A stretch of 64,000 bases of DNA from assembly GCA_002633005.1 (NCBI GenBank), contig NMRA01000110.1, forward strand, positions 124,001 through 188,000, in the 5' to 3' direction. The notes beneath the pieces were generated by a model, which was not told the origin of the DNA, did no database searches, and saw only the letters and a list, made by a program, of their open reading frames with translations. The DNA is from Phoronis australis. Lineage: Eukaryota; Animalia; Phoronida. Positions 62,401-64,000 of this stretch are shown one piece after another (positions within the stretch are counted from its first letter, which is position 1; every line of letters begins with the position of its first letter). The position numbers and the translations under genes are program-made.

Positions 62401-63333
62401 GTCTGTAAACGATGTCAAAATCGTAATGTGCTAAGGCTGCCAACCACCGATGACCAGTCGCATCCAGCCTGGCTGAGGTTAAAACGTAAGTCAGTGGATT
62501 ATTATCGGTATACACTGTGAATCTGTGACCATACAAATAATCATTAAACTTCTCAGTTACAGCCCACTTTAAAGCAAGGAATATTCTAAACAAAATGCTG
62601 CATAATTCTGTTCACTCTGACTAAGACCACGACAAGCGTAACTAATTACTCTTTTCTCACCATCGCTTTCTTGATATAGAACTGCTCCAAGTCCATGATG
62701 ACTAGTGTCAGTGTGTAACTCGAATGGTAGTCTGTAATCAGGATAACTCAAAATAGGTGTTGAAGTCGAAATGCAAATGCAGCGTCGTCTTCCTTCCAAC
62801 GCCACATACTCGAAGTTTCTTTCGGATTGTCTTTTCCTTTCCTCTCCGGAACTGGAGTGAGACCATATAATGGCGTAGCTATACGTGCAAAGTTTGGAAC
62901 AAAGCTGCGATAGTAGCCTGTGAATCCCAAGAATTGTCGCACCTGCACCCCTGTGTTTGTCTGTGTTGGCCACTTCTTAATCTTTTCAATCTTCTCCGGA
63001 TCAGCTCCCACGCCATCCTTAGATACCACATATCCTAAGTACTTGACCTGAGACATCAGAAGAACACACTTCTTTGGAGTCAGTTTCAGTGCATTCTGTC
63101 ATAATCTCTCCAAAACACCTCACAGTCAACGTAGATGTTCGTCGAGGGAATTACTAAAAATAATATCCAAATATATGACACATGTCTCTAAATGAAGATC
63201 ACCAAGTGTTTCTTCCATCAGACGTTGATAAGCAGCTGGAGAATTGCATAAACCCATTGCCATGCGACTCCATTCATAGAACCCTAATGGACCCACTGTA
63301 AACGCAGTACGCTCTTTATATTTTTCCTCGACA
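59495..63333 (-). mobile_element. 5'-truncated, decayed Ty3/Gypsy LTR retrotransposon with candidate 3' LTR
   Basis: RT (TAFTVGPLGFYEW..MAMGLCNSPAAYQR), RNase H (FELHTDTS, ALKWAVTEKF, YTDNNPL) and integrase (CIDF, DHFT, IHSDQGPNF, ERLNRT) occur in Gypsy order. PPT-like GAGGGGGACAATA is followed by TG at 60242; candidate LTR 60242->59495 has AATAAA and ends ACTACA. Confidence 0.9.
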
Positions 63334-63430
63334 TGCTTATGTGAAGTCAAGTTCAAAATTTAATTAATTCTGTATGCTTCACGAGGATTTGTAGATACTT
63401 GGCTGACAGTGGCTTGTATTCCTATTGCAG

Positions 63431-63571
63431 CACAATGGCGAGGTGTTCGCTGTTAAAACATTTGACAGTGCCGCCTGTTCCCGTGTGCCTGGGTTACAAG
63501 CGCGTGAGATTGAAGTTGTTCGTCAACTACGACATCCTAACATTGTAGAGGTGGTGTCAGTTGAAACTGAG
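63431..63571 (+). CDS. TBK1: TBK1/IKKepsilon-like kinase, second coding exon (VAIK Lys, helix C Glu)
   Basis: HNGEVFAVKTFDSAACSRVPGLQAREIEVVRQLRHPNIVEVVSVETE; ttgcAG / GTAAGA; 141 nt, phase 0/0, matching the recalled size and position of the human TBK1 K30-E76 exon. Confidence 0.9.
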
Positions 63572-64000
63572 GTAAGATGAACTTGACTTACAGGTGCTAG
63601 TAGTGCAGTAGTGGATGACAGGACGCTCAATTCACCTTTAAAACATCTCCAATGTTTGCTTGATCATCATGTTCTAGTACTCCAAGGAACTGCAGCCATA
63701 AAATGTGGTAAAATAATTGCCAAATTATTATTATATTGATTATATTTAAAAGTTTACAGTTCCATTTAAAAAAAAGATATTGCCCCTTTTTATTTCCCAT
63801 TGTCTCCTAATGCTGTTGTGAATCCCTTCAGTCCTCTAACAATTGTTCAGCTTTTCAAAGCATTTTTTGAAGGTAGCTGAGGTATAGACCCTGTACTTAT
63901 TGATTGTTATGGATCTTTATTTTCAAAAAACATGAACAGCTTCTTTTGAGTTCTTGATGCCTATAACTAGCTGGTCAGCCTTAATTGCTGGAAACTATTT

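Overview
Eukaryotic, intron-rich, AT-rich genomic DNA, most likely from a marine invertebrate (inferred from gene style and TE content, not proven). Host genes: (1) a complete 10-exon clan-2 cytochrome P450 on the minus strand (30361->1539, 1554 nt CDS, 517 aa, all introns GT-AG and phase-consistent) with non-canonical I-helix (AGTTTT) and C-helix (VQHKK) motifs; (2) a minus-strand CD225/dispanin-like two-TM protein with a single coding exon (35067->34444); (3) the first two coding exons of a plus-strand TBK1/IKKepsilon-like kinase (52555-52659, 63431-63571), which continues beyond the window. The remaining sequence is dense in transposons: a full-length decayed L1/Tx1 LINE with an 11-bp TSD, two copies of a non-autonomous Kolobok element with a THAP remnant, a ~9.9-kb foldback-like structure enclosing a higher-order satellite, a head-to-tail array of Helentron/HINE-like elements, several MITEs and a 5'-truncated Gypsy. 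An unidentified, spliced, decayed gene lies antisense in the kinase intron. No prokaryotic system, CRISPR array, rRNA or intact tRNA is seen.
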